From Lama glama (Eukaryota), in contig CM052816.1 of NCBI GenBank assembly GCA_028534125.1, forward strand, positions 48,052,001 to 48,116,000: DNA of 64,000 nt, read 5' to 3'. Of this stretch, positions 1 through 12,972 are shown piece by piece. Positions within the stretch are counted from its first letter, which is position 1. Each line of letters starts with the position of its first letter. Both the position numbers and the translations under genes were made by a program. The notes below the pieces were generated by a model. The model worked only from the letters and a program-made list of their open reading frames with translations. It ran no database searches and was not told the DNA's origin.

Positions 1-194
1 TATTTATCTATACCCATTCTTTCTTATATTAATAAGTGTTTCCACAAACCTCCAATTACTCAATTTAAAAAAACTAGAATCTTATCTTCTTTTACTGGCC
101 TACTCTCCCTGCTTAACCAAAACATTGCTCCCATCCTACTCCAAGTCTCTATCTTCTTTTTTTTGCTTTTTCAAATATTTTCCTGCTTTCTATT

Positions 195-310
195 TGTCAT
201 CACTGATAAGCCATTTGCTAACCAAAGTAATTTTCTAAAACCAATAAAGCTGATCATGTCACTCTCTTACTTAAAAACTTTTAATTCTTTTCCATTGTAT
301 TAAGAATAAT
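195..310 (+). mobile_element. L2 LINE fragment
   Basis: 'ctgatcatgtcactctcttacttaaaaacttttaattc...ccattg' resembles the L2 3' consensus (ctgatcatgtcactcccctgcttaaaacccttcaatggcttcccattg). Confidence 0.65.
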
Positions 311-317
311 ATCAATC

Positions 318-875
318 AGAATGACACAGAAAGGTTAGTAATAAAATAAAGGGCAAACAAAACAAAAGGACCCAGAGTAAGAATATAAACTTCAAGCAAA
401 GTGAAAATCAAGACATTCAAATCACTGACCAAGGGTTAATTTTAAATTGATAAAATGAAATATAAAATAAGAGTTTTGAAATCCATAAACCTTTATGTAC
501 AAAGAGCATAATGAAAATATGTAATGATAATAGTCATAATTCAAATCTTTAACCTATGTCAGGCATTATAGAAAATTCACTATTTCATTTAATTTTCAGA
601 AAACTTTGATTATCAAGGCCCTTTCACTAACTAAAATCTGAGGACCCAGGTTATGCAGATCATAAGGGATGGAGAAATAATACAAAGTGAGTTCTGAGTG
701 TTTCCATAAACTATGCCTATTAAAACAAACAAAACAATGACACTAAAAAAATAAGATAAATCAAATACAATTGTGATGGGAAACTTTAACTCTGCTTGGA
801 AACTTTAACTCTGCTTTTAAACTTTGACAGATGAAGTAGATAAAGACAAATAAGGGCATGGAAAATTTTGAGTTA
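318..875 (+). mobile_element. Ancient L1M ORF2 endonuclease-region fragment, interrupted by a MIR
   Basis: A-rich; 'aatacaattgtgatgggaaactttaac...tttgacagatgaagtaga' resembles the L1 EN TIIVGDFN...DR motif; 'aatgacacagaaaggtta' resembles EN 5' part. Confidence 0.55.
525..720 (-). mobile_element. MIR SINE (degenerate)
   Basis: 'ctatgtcaggcatt...tttcatttaattttcaga...aaatctgaggacccaggtta' resembles antisense MIR core. Confidence 0.5.
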
Positions 876-1171
876 TGTAATTGTTATGGGAGGACCTCAG
901 GATAATCTCACAAATTGGACCTGAGTTTGTTTCCTTTTGGTAGGGAGAAATGGCTTTAATTGGTTGAAGGTATTGCTTTTAAACAAAGTACATCGAGGCC
1001 TATGTATCCATTCTAAGAAATAAGTTGTATATTTAATGAAAGGAGTCTCCTTTAGAGAAAGGAAACTTAAGCAGTTTGAAAGTTTTTTCTTGAGCAATTT
1101 TGTTTGCTTGATAATTCTGTTTCTAAAAGTTCTTTGTTAAGTATCCTTCATTAGAGAATTATTCCAACTCA

Positions 1172-1310
1172 TTGTGTATGTGTGTGTGTATGTAAGACTG
1201 TATATATGTATATACGTATATAAAATAGTGTATATATACATAATTTGTGTGTATATAAATATATACATATATATATAAATAAAACATATTATAAAACACA
1301 TTATATATAC
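1172..1310. repeat. (TA/TG/CA)n low-complexity tract
   Basis: Imperfect alternating dinucleotides seen directly. Confidence 0.9.
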
Positions 1311-4300
1311 AGGATGTTAGGATGTTGTATTTCACAGTACTGGAGGCCATATGCTAATAATACTCTCAAATTTCCACCATCTTTTTTCTTATTCTCATTT
1401 TGCATTAATTCAGGAGCCTATTTTGATATGGTTGAAAGTGAACTACAGTGTAGATGTTATCTATTATTGTAATTCGTGTGGTAAAATGTAAGACTGGCTC
1501 TCTTTAACAACTTAAATTTCTCAATGTCTTACAATTTAGGGCTGCTTTTTTTAAATGGCTATACCCATTTCACATGAAAATTGAAAACATGAAGATAATA
1601 AATAGTGAGGTGGACCCAGAAGTGCAGCAGACATTAATGTGTAACAGGCACAGTCAAGAGGAAGACTTAGGCCAAAAGGTAGGCAGCAGACATAAGCGAG
1701 CGCAAGAACCATAGCCCTTTTGGTGATTATGAGACGGCTATCAGTTTGAGAGTTCATGGTGGATACAGATGGGCTTAGCCCTAACTTAGAGCAGACAGGT
1801 TTATTAAGTTTTTCTTTCCCTTTGAGTTGGCTATGACTTTTTTCCTTGATTTTAAGATGCAGTTCAGCTTTTTAAAGGTTGTTTCCTTTTGTGACATAAA
1901 GCCATTAATTCTGTTCCTTTCCAACTTTGTGGCTAAACTCTTACTAGTCTATGGAAAATGTTACATACACATTTAGACACGTGACAATTTGGGGTGGGGT
2001 GCCAGCAGACCTTGGTCAGTCTTTGAGCACCAATCATGGTTCTGATTGGGACTTCTTGTTACTCTCATTTTAATAGCATGTTCACTGCCCTTGCTTCAGC
2101 CTGCAGTATCCCATCTTGGATTTTTACATAAAGGGCTTGAAGCAGCAGATGTATGAATAAAGAAGCCAGAGCTACCCAAAATTTATGGACTATAAATAAA
2201 TAAATATTGACTTTATGCTGATTCCATCCAACTTGAATTAAGTTAAACTGCCAAAATCGAAACAAATATTAACCATCAATTTAGTATATATTTTTTTTAC
2301 TCCATAACCCATGAGACTAGAATGAGGACTTTAAATCTGTCAGTTGTAAATTAGACATCTTAAAGACATAAGTGATTAACCACATTTTTCTCAATACCCT
2401 AAGTAAGTAATGAAGGAAAATATCTAGATGTGTGTTTATCTGAAATTGAGTCAGGCTGGTAATGCTTATTGATCAATGAATTTATCAAATAATTAATTGC
2501 TTCTTTCAATTTCTACCCTGTTCTTATTCTAAGAAGTAGCTTGAGTCAAAAATTTTATTAGCTAATCTTGGTATCCAATATTCCATGACTTTCTCCTGTT
2601 TACCAGTTGCAGGTGAGATGCTGGGACAGGGCTTGTGTAATAACGATATTTTATCAGGTGGGTAAACTTGTTCTACAGACTCTCTTCAGTTCAGAGAAAT
2701 TTATCTCTACGTAAAACAAGTGAACATTGCCCCAGTTTGACCTCAAAAGAGCTAAACCAACCACAGATGGGTGTCTGTCCCTTGCTTGGAAAGAAAGAAC
2801 AACCATATGAAGTCCGCAGACTCCAAGTAGTGATTTTACTACAAAGAATACCAATAGTTTGTTTTTCACATTAGTGCAAATTAACAATATAAAGTGAGAA
2901 AATACATGTGTATTTCAGAAATAAACTGCTTCTTTTTTCTGTATTTTCTTCCATATAATTATATGATCTATAAACAGCTGCAGAAATTGTATATTTTCCT
3001 GTTCTTTTAAAAAAAGATATGGAAAAATTCCAGTCTTGTTTTCTAATTTAGAAATTCTTAACAATTTTAAGGTGTGACATTTTTCTTTTCTACATATTCT
3101 TTACATCAGATTCTTGTCAATATTAATGTACACATCCATCAAATAATTGTCTGTAGTAGATCTCTTAATGTACCTCTTCTTAATCAACTTAACAAATGCA
3201 TTAAGTTTTCCATATAACATAGGCTGTTTAATGCTCTTGGCATACTGAAAGTTTGTTGCTCATAGGATATGCTCTGCTTTGCCACAGAATATTTACTCCT
3301 TCCAGTTGAATTGAAGACCTGCTCTAATAGGTTTATGCGCCAATAGTACTTTTGCTGCAACCACAAAAGTTTAAATAAGTATAATATATATTGATAAAAT
3401 ATGTAAGGAAAAAGACAGTGCAATAAAATCTAAATGGAATGCTTTGAAAGTCTTGATATATGTAAATAGCTAAAAACTCTGCGATGATTATTAAAGACTG
3501 GAGAAACATAGTAAAAATTGGAAAGGTTTGACACTCATGTTGCTTTACAAATGTGTCTAAGTTCTGTTTTTACTTTAAAGACACTGAACCTGGAAACTGG
3601 AGTTGATGCATTAGAGAAAGTTTATGCAATAAAAATAGTCAATATTCAATTTACCTGTAGCCAATATCAAACTGGTGAATGGATGTGTATATTTGAGGTC
3701 AAAATATAATATACAGTGTTTTTCATCTATTTATTACCTTTATGTAACCATATCCTATATTTTCAAGATTTGCTGCTGAAATGAACTCTTGATTAAACTA
3801 TGTACTATGACTCCAACTCGTGCAATAAAAGGACTTACAATGTATATATGTATCTATTTGTAGGTTTTTCCTACAGAATTGAAGATATCTGATCAAAGTC
3901 ACTACCAGGATATTATTTATGATTATACCAGCTATTATAATAATACATTTTTATTATATAATTATTTTAAGTATAATTACACAAATAGCCAACACCAAAA
4001 ATTAATTCTAGAATTTCTATTCTTTGTCATGAGAGAAGTGGAAATACTCTTAATCAGATATGGACAAATTAAGTTTTTCCTTTCTCCCTGTAGTCAAGTT
4101 CTAGGGGTCCATTTCTTGTGTTTCTTGCTACCTTAGACCACTGGGCTGATTGGACACCATTTTTTTTAATCAATATTATTGTAACAGTAAAAGAATCTAA
4201 GCTTCCTTGTCTGCAATAACTTACAATTTAGACTTTTAGTCTAAATCAATAGCATTTTTATGGCATTTTGCTTCTTCCTGAATTGCCAAAAATATCTGTT

Positions 4301-6084
4301 CATTACTACATGGATTTTCTACTTCTGTCTTGGGGCTACCTATCACTTTTACCTATCTCTTGATTGTAGTCTGATATGCATTTCTGCACCTGGGCAAAAG
4401 CTTATGCAGATCTGTCTTGGGGTGACTCCTTCTAATCTGTCTGTGCATTTTCTGATCAATTGGATCTGATGTCCTAGTCAGGAGTTTTTCATATCATTTA
4501 TTTTGTGGGTAGAGAATGACTTCCAATTTGTTTCAGAGATATAAAATGATTCTATTAGACAGTCATAGACAGATATGTCTTGTATTATAGAATTAAAGAT
4601 ACCCTCTGACTGTAGCATCTTGAAGTTTTACTGTTTAATCTTTTAATGCTCCCTATTGTGTAGACCATATGAACATTTCTTCATTTTTACTTTCAGTGGC
4701 TGATAAGCTTAGTTAGAAATTTAAGCTAAATTTCATTCACCTGTCTACCTGTATTATCTACCTTTTATATTTATATCTATATTTATAAGAATCATTATTT
4801 ATAAATATTTGTATATATGTGTATGCATGTATGTGTGTGTATTTCTTATATGTAGCTTAGAAGGGATATGACTGACTTCTTCCCACAGAAAGCAAAATCA
4901 GTGGTTTGATAAATAAAGGATAATAATATGTATTTTCCCTCTAAACATGATCTGAATTTGCTATTTATTTTACAGAGACATCAAAATGAGCAACAACTCC
5001 TGAGTGTACTGTGAAATCTTCATTATGATCCTAGAAAAAAAGATCTGTGTATATGAAAAATGATAGTTTATCATAATAGAGCAATATTTATGTAGTTCTT
5101 AGTTTGTGGCATCAGTTTTCAGCCTGTCTCCCTTTGCTACTGGTTTTATATTCATTTTTTTCTGGATACAGATAGAAGCAGATACATAAGTCCTCAGAAT
5201 GAAAAATATCTCTCTTCTATCAAGTTCAAACAGTATCACACAATCATGAACCCCCAAACAATCTCATTTTAAACCTAGGGATTTACTTTAAAGAGAATTA
5301 CTTTAAAAACAATTCTAACAAAATTCTAAGAAAAACCTGAGAAAGAAAAGCTATTTTCTATTGCTTAGAAAATTGTTCTACCTCTTTTTAATTATTTTAA
5401 AAGGTTTCATAACATCTTTATATCTGATAAAATTCTGCATTATCTTCTTTATATCTGGTGCAATTCTTGGTATACAGCTAGCCTTCCTGAAACTTTAAAG
5501 TGACACAAACTCAGAAGTTTTTGATGATTACCTTTAGAAGATTTGTTCTTGAAAGAGTAATACAAAGTTTTTGTTAAGAAAAGTAAACTTTATTATTATT
5601 ATTAGGAGCATATATAGCTATTTCTGAAGAGGCACAGTTTTTAAAGCTTCTTTCAGCTGCTTCCTGCTTCTGGAACCATGGATGCTTCTGCATCATGGTT
5701 TCAGAATGATCTGTGCAAAGTGAATATTACACTTTATTTTAGACTCAGGTTCAGGACCAAATTTGTACCAAACTCCATTCCCCATATATTTTAAAGTCTA
5801 TCAAACTTTCTTTTCTCTGAGCCCTATTCTGCTCTGCTTGGCATTCCAAGGGTGAGGGTGTTTTTCAAAACTGATGTGGAAGGAATGACTCTTCTTGAAG
5901 AGCCAGGTCCTTGGACTTGTTTGGCTCTATTTCAATGTGTATCTGTTGAAACTGACTTTCCTTTCTCAGTGCTGGCTGCTGGATTCTATTTTATTTGACT
6001 ACCGTATGTTAGAATGTTACCCTCTATCATTGAACCCTCTTTATATTTTATTTTTATTTTATGTATTCTCTTTTTATATTTTCT

Positions 6085-7410
6085 TTAGGTGACTTCTATT
6101 GAGTTCATGGGTACAAATAAAATCTATGTGTTGATAATTCTCAACTCTATACCTTTATCCCTGAACTTCCCAGGAACTTGAGATTCATATATTCTGCCTA
6201 TTACTTGATATATACACTTGGATTACCACTAGGCAATTCAAACTTAACATGATCTAAACAGAACCCTTGATTTTCATTTCAAGTCTGCTTTTCTCTTATT
6301 CTTGCTCATTTCAGTAAATAGCACTACCATTCACCCATTCCCTCAAGTTTCTAGAGTTGTGCTATCTAATACAGCAGCCACCACTTGCATTGTGGTTATT
6401 TAAATTTAAATTAATTATAATTAAATAAAGCTAAAAGTTACATTTCTCAGTTGCATTTTGAATGCCCAATAACCACATATGGCTAGTGGCTAACATAGTA
6501 GACAGCAGAGATACAGAACATTTCTATAACTGCAGAAAATTTTATTGAAAAGTTCTGGTCTAAAGTGATGATTTGTATGTCTCTCTCTCCCCATACATCT
6601 CAGATCCTATCTGCTTTATCAAAAGTATATGCTTTACACAATAAATGAAAGGGCATGCTAAATTCACTTACATGTATCCCAAATTTGTCCATTTCATCTC
6701 TGGAATTGCCATCTTAGTCAAAGCCATCATTGTCTTCCTTCAGTAGTCCTCTAATTTATTCTTTAGGTTGTCCTCTTACTAACTGCTTCTTTGCAGAGCA
6801 GCCAGCAGAATTTATTTAAAATGTAAATTAGGTCATGTCACTCTTTTGTTTTAAACCTAAACTCTTTGATGACTTCCTATTGGTGATAGAAAAAACCCAA
6901 ACTTCTTATCCTAGTTTACAAGTTCAGTATGATCTGGCTTCTTCTGCCTTTCTCCTGACGTTGTCACACATTTTCCCTCATTCGCTATGCTTAATCACTC
7001 TGACTCCTTTTAGTTTTCTAATAGAAAGGATCAATCTTACTGTAAGTGTCTATTCAAGATATTCTCTCTGTCTAAAATACTCTGCTTTTGGTTGTACTAT
7101 GGCTGACTCTACCTGGACAATGATCTCTCAGCTTAGAACTACCTCTCTTCACCAACCAAATCAAGAGTAGTGTTTGCACCCTCTTTGGATCTCAGCCATG
7201 TAACACTTCTTAATTATCTGCCTAGCTTTTACTGTCATTTCCCCTCTTGATTATCTAGTATGTATTTATTTCTCCATTCCTTTAATGAGAATTTTATTTC
7301 TTTGAGAATCAGAATATTATTTCTCTTGCTCATCACCTTATCTCCTGTCTCAAAGACATACCTGACACACAGTGGAAGATTAATAAGTATTTTCTATATG
7401 AATTGATGTG
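6085..7410 (+). mobile_element. L2 LINE 3' portion, split by MER3
   Basis: Typical L2 segments: 'aggcaattcaaacttaacatgatctaaacagaacccttga', 'gtcatgtcactcttttg', 3' end 'cctgacacacagtggaagattaataagtatttctatatgaattga'. Confidence 0.8.
6357..6557 (-). mobile_element. MER3 (hAT-Charlie MITE)
   Basis: Matches antisense MER3 ('tttaaatttaaattaatt...ccacatatggctagtggcta...cagaacatttc'); flanked by degenerate 8-bp TSD ttctagag (6349-6356) / gtctaaag (6558-6565). Confidence 0.85.
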
Positions 7411-8155
7411 AAATTAAAAAACTATAGAAAGAGAGATAATTTTGACTTTCAAGATAGTCTCATCTTTCTTGCTTTTATCAATGATTCATGAAATTGAAAT
7501 AAGATTTGGGCAAGAGTCAGAAGTTTTAATTTCCCCAGTTAAGAGCAGAGAATGTAACAATGGTTGATACAACTGAAATGAGACTTTTGGAAAAAGTCAT
7601 TTGTTTATTCACTCAAAGTTTCCTGAGTCATGGGGCACTATGACAATTTTCCCCTTTAAATTAAAAAAAGAATGCAGCTAAGATTTACCATAACATTTTT
7701 GAAAACTATCCTCATTAAGTTTTTCAAATCTATAATTTGACATCACATAAAAGAAACTAATAAAAACTCTGTGATAACATTCAATGTTATTTCACTTGTA
7801 ATTTTGAAAAGTATACCTTATATTTACTAAAAATAAAAATAAATACATTTAAATTTTATGTTTATTCCTTTATTCCTTTATTACATTCTTAACTTTTTAT
7901 GTTTTACTCTTAATTATAAAATTTGTATAAAGTTTGGGTAAATATATACTTTTTCTTATTAGTGTTTCCATTCTTAAAATTTCAGCTGCTCTTTTCTATT
8001 GTATCTGCATCAAAATTTTACAACACGTTATATTTATACTTTATGGAATGGGATGAGATAAAAAGTAAAGTCACTGAGGAATATAAAAATGTCTTAATTG
8101 TTGTTCTTGGGCAATAACCTTAACATCAGGCGTATCATCTTTAGATCATCTAAAG

Positions 8156-8340
8156 TAGCATTTCTCCTGTATGGTCCTCTGACCCCAAGTTTCAGAATCA
8201 TCTGGGTCTTTTGAAAACTGAGATTCCTGAAACTCATGACTATAAAAATATTAAGTCTCTAGGGATGGGGCATAGAAATCTGTTTTAAATAAATACTCAA
8301 AGTGATTTATTTTAGGTACTTTAAAGTTTAAAAATCAGTG
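8156..8340. mobile_element. MER5A/MER5B-like hAT-Charlie MITE
   Basis: 'tcagaatcatctggg...agattcctg...tctctagggatggggcatagaaatctgttttaa...aaagttt...cagtg', ~185 bp. Confidence 0.75.
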
Positions 8341-8779
8341 ATCAATGTTTGTAAGAAGTTTAATGGAATCATCTAAAGCAAATTTTAAGTCTTTGTGTAA
8401 ACAGCCCTTCAGTATTTAAAGTATAGTTTGATTCAAAATAAATAGTAGATCGACCTGGAGAAAAGTAGGCAACATTATGTGATAGAATGTCATCTTTTAA
8501 CCCCAAAGGCTCTTCTATTGACTTTATCCTTGGACTTGGGAATTCTTTGCTATCAATATTTTAGGCTTAATAAAATCAAGATGGAATTAAAATTAAAATA
8601 TCTATTTAAGGAAGGAGTAATTTATAGCTATTAATACTTTGTCATGAATTATTTTATTTGATTATTTTCTGTAACATAGCAGGACCTGAATGATTGAAAC
8701 AGAAATAGTTGAGTGTTACCTGTGGAGAGAGTTCGGGTCACAAGGATACTCGGCCAACTACAGGTTGAGTAATTAATCA

Positions 8780-9070
8780 ATTCAATTCACAAAGAATGCT
8801 TAAAATTGTGATGGCTGTTATTGGAAAGCACAGAGATAAGTTTTGTATCCCAGATGGAATTTAACATACTCAACAGGGGTAAGTTATGTACCAATATATT
8901 CCAAATATTAGGTGTACACTGCCATAAGGGATGTATGAAGAATTCAAAGGAGGCAGTGATTTCTCCAGTGAGGAAACATAGCTCATCAGATTCCTTGGAG
9001 GACCTAATATTTAATCCTGACCTTCAAAGTGGAAAGAATTTGGATATAGGGAAACTCCAGTGAAGATTCT
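8780..9070 (-). mobile_element. L2 fragment
   Basis: Antisense L2 3' features ('attcaattcacaaagaatgctta', 'ttccttggaggacctaatatttaatcctgaccttcaaag'). Confidence 0.5.
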
Positions 9071-9769
9071 GATACCACTAAATGTGGCTGTTAGAGGAGC
9101 TGAATGTCCACTAAGAGAGAATAAAAGCCTAGAATGGAGAATAAAATGAACATTGATAACAAAATACACATATCAAAGTTAAAAAAATTCCAACACATGG
9201 AGTTCTGGTAATGATATGGGGGCTTTTACTCACCAATAATAAAATAGAAATGCATAGTTTTAATCTAGTCAAAAGCTCCAGCAAAAAGTAACTCAGGCAG
9301 CTACTACTGTAGAAGGAAGGCATATGTTCTGGGGACATTTAAAGGCTGATATTTCTTCCACGGCGTACATCCTAAAATAATATTATTTTTGCTTCTTTAC
9401 TAAAATAATGCCTTTTCTAGAGCCAGACCTCTACAGAGATGAGAGAAACCTGGCCCTTATGCCAGAAAGGATATTCAAATTGCCTATGACAAAAATAGCA
9501 AGCAGAGAGATTTTCAAAGAAGTCTCCAACTTGTTCACCAATGCCTATGGCAAAATAGAAGATTAAAAAACTACAGCTCTTATATATCTACCCTTCATGA
9601 AATGGCAGCATGCTGAGGTTGTAAGAATAACAATACCCCAAAACCATCATCAAGAACAGTTTCGAAGAACTTTCTCTGGTATTAGAAGAATCAATAAAAT
9701 CTGAGTAGGTGAGGCTGTAATATAGTCTAATCCTTAACATTTTTTGTATTTTATTTCATTACTTAAAAT

Positions 9770-10320
9770 GTTCAAAATTGACTTTGCATGAAGTTAGGAC
9801 TGGAGATTAGGTTTATGGAAGTCAGAAAATATTCAGAATTCAGAAAATATTTTAAAGTGACAAAGCACAGAAAAAAGTGATTGATACAGCAAGTTGCCAT
9901 TTCCTGAAAGATTACATATTTAGTGACTTTAATTTAAAATGTACTATGGATGTAGGTTAATTTTGGAATAATTTTATTCAAAAAATAAATTTGGAAATTT
10001 TATTCATACAGCCATTATATAAAAAATTAAATAAATAGGCATTGTGAATGAAAAATCATTAACCAAAATTTGAAATATGAGCACATTCAGAAGAGTGACT
10101 TTGTAGGCAATAGGCAATAAAATCTAAAGAAGAAATGGAAAATCTATTTCCTGATGAGCAAACAAATGAAACAGATAGTAGAAGTATGATATCAAAAATG
10201 CAAAAAGAAAGAAAGAAAAAAAGAAACGTAAACAGCATCAACACTGGAGTAAAAATACTAATTTTGAGGCAGAACGGGAGGGTAACAAAATGGCCCCAGA
10301 ATATGGGACATCTGGTCATT
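9770..10320 (+). mobile_element. Possible hAT-Blackjack-like transposase remnant with terminal-repeat-like end
   Basis: Broken frames give FKVTKHRKK (9851-9877) and SDFNLKC (9922-9942); 10294-10318 resembles the Blackjack/MER81-type terminus (...gggacatatggtcaccct). Confidence 0.35.
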
Positions 10321-11048
10321 GAATCAAAAATGGACTCTAATTGAAAACAGGCAGATGGCATAAACACGATTAGCACAGAGAAAGCTGTTACACAGACACA
10401 GAGATCTAGAGTATTGACTTTGGCAGTGCTGTCTTTACTTTGCATTGCCAATGTTATTCAGATTGAATGGCACATCAGAGAAGGCTGACCTCCTTGCCTA
10501 ACATTCCTTCAGGCCCATTCTTGCTCTTTTAAATACCTAGACAATAGTATGCTCTCACATAATTTAACATATAGGACATCTCAATTTCTGATATTATGCA
10601 CACATACATACATACATATATTGGAAGAAAGGGTATTGTCATACTGGCATTTTGCTTTGAACTAATAATGGCAATCTTTCTAAGTATTTTTATTACTAGG
10701 ACACTAAAAAGATTTATCTTTCTTAGAGCTGAAAATTTTTTTTCATAGTGCATATCAACAAGATATGAAAGTCAAACATGAGATAACCAAGTGATGGAAA
10801 TATTTTCATCTATCTTTGGTTTATCAGATACGATTTAAAGAGTCATTGGATATTTAATTGCTACATTCACCTGGCCATTTCTCAAATCTTATCTACAAAT
10901 TCATTTTAAATAGGTTTTGCCACAAGGCGTTTAGTAAAAAAAAAAAAAAAAAAGCCTGCAGACAAATGGTTTTAATAAAATCCTTTTAAGAAACATCTTA
11001 TCTTATGCACTGGCTTTAATGTCTAGCTTTTTTGTAAATTATTTCAAT

Positions 11049-11209
11049 CAGTGACTCAGACTCCAATATTGATTTGTTTGAGAATCTGATTAAAATGAAG
11101 GACATCTTCCCTGAAAAAGTGCACATGTACACTATTTTTCATATAATTTCAAAGTTTATCCTGTGAAGCTCTATACTGGGGTCCATGGATCTCAGGTACA
11201 GAATCTCTG
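11049..11209. mobile_element. hAT-Charlie-type non-autonomous MITE (family unresolved)
   Basis: cagtg...ctg ends; internal 'tttgagaatctgat...ccctgaaaaagtgcacat...tccatggatctcagg'. Confidence 0.6.
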
Positions 11210-11999
11210 ATTTCAAGTAAATTTATAAATAATGTTAGCAATCCTTTACTTAACGTAAATAAATAAGGTAGAAGATGTGATGGTAGAACTGACCTACTTA
11301 AATCACTCCTCATGTGTTTAAAAAAAACTCTAATATTTGATTATCTAACTCCCTTTTCTGTTTTAGTTCTCTGAAAATTCTACTTATTAATGTAATAAAA
11401 TTTACCTCCCTCTGACTTCCATGAATTACTCCTGATTTTGTTCTCTGAAATAATCTAGAACAACTCTTTTCCCAACCATTGACCTTTAGGTTTTTCTTAG
11501 ACTCTTAGAACATTAGAGAAGAAGAAGGGAACTTCCAAATCATTTTAAATTAAGATTTTCAGTTTACAAATAATAAAAATCAAGGCCCAAAGTAATGAAT
11601 TAAAGACGTTCATTACTTCTGTCAATAATACTTTACCAGGATGCCCTATGTTGTTAACATTAATTTAAAGCATGTTCTCAGATGGTTCCTTAACCATCTT
11701 TCCTCCCTGTTGCTTTTCTCAAGGCTCTTCATCAGTGTGGCACCAGGATTCTGTCACAAGTTTCCATTTGGGGCTTGAGTAGCAGGTAATAGAATTTGTG
11801 CTAACTTTGAAATGTCCAGGTTTATTTAACAAAGTGGTTTTTTTTTTAATCTTTTAAGCAGCTGATCTTGAGGATTTTTATAAGAATACCTGTCAATTGA
11901 TTAGTTTTATAAATTTAGTTTTCCACTTAATGGAATTTCTAAGTGTTAGACAGACTTAAAAAGGATTGAGTAAGAAAAATTAGAAAAATAAAACCACTC

Positions 12000-12265
12000 A
12001 ATAATAGTTGGTCACATTTATTGATCATTTAACAATGTGTCATGAACAAGACTGAGTGCATTAAATGGACTATCTCATGCAGTCTTCCCAGAGACCTCAT
12101 GTAATAGATACTATTTGGTACTATTATTAATGCACATTTTATAGATGAGGAAACTGAGGTTAAGGCATACGAAAGCCACATAGTTTGAAGTGTAAGAACT
12201 AAGAATTAGTCTCAGAAAATTCTCCAGGGCTCACAACATTTTACCCACTACATTGCAATACCTCA
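12000..12265 (-). mobile_element. MIR SINE
   Basis: Core 'cattttatagatgaggaaactgaggtt' plus flanking antisense MIR sequence. Confidence 0.85.
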
Positions 12266-12972
12266 TTCAATTGATGACGATAGCACAGATATGTTTTTAT
12301 AAAATTAAAACAAGAATTTAAAATAAATAAGTATATATAGCAAAAATGATCTTCATCTTCCAGATAGTGTTAGCCAAAAGTTTAGCTTAGTTTTATTTTT
12401 CTAGGCTGTTTTCTTAAATGAAATAAATTCTGTTTTTTGGGTAGTATCTGAATATGATAATACTGTTAAAAGCTGAAGTTCAAAGATAATTGCCAGATAT
12501 CACCTCTGCCATTAAAAAAGATTTTATTTCTGTGAAACATTTTAGAGGAGTAGGTAACATATAACGAGATTAACAGCTGCATTTCCAATGTTTATATAAG
12601 GTTATAAAATTGATTAGCCAACACAATATTATAAAAGCTTCATAACCAACACATCTCCCAGTATTTTTTAACTTTCAGTAAATTATCATGTTATATGAGC
12701 CACAAACTAAAAAACTGAATGTACTGCAAACTGTGCTTTATTGCTTTGATCAAATAAAATGTACATAAGTGAATCCAGCGTCTATTTAATGATATGCATA
12801 ATTGCTATTATGCTACATGGTAATTAAGCCTGAATGGCAGCAGATGATTGTAATTTTACATAGCCAAGCTAAAATTCTATAGCTCTTCTTCTTTCTTTGT
12901 TATTTCTTCAGTATTTTCATGACTAGTAGAGCTGACAATTTTATCTGATACTAGGTATAACAATCCTCGTTT

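Noticed and set aside
3184..3423. Minus-strand ORF with an internal acceptor-like tgcag
   Set aside because: No convincing donor and no recognisable peptide
9408..9566. 52-codon plus-strand frame MPFLEPDLYRDERNLALMPERIFK...
   Set aside because: No recognisable homology or supporting gene structure
10059..10451. 130-aa hydrophobic minus-strand ORF that looks like a membrane protein
   Set aside because: Hydrophobicity comes from the T-rich antisense of an A-rich tract, probably a transposon relic
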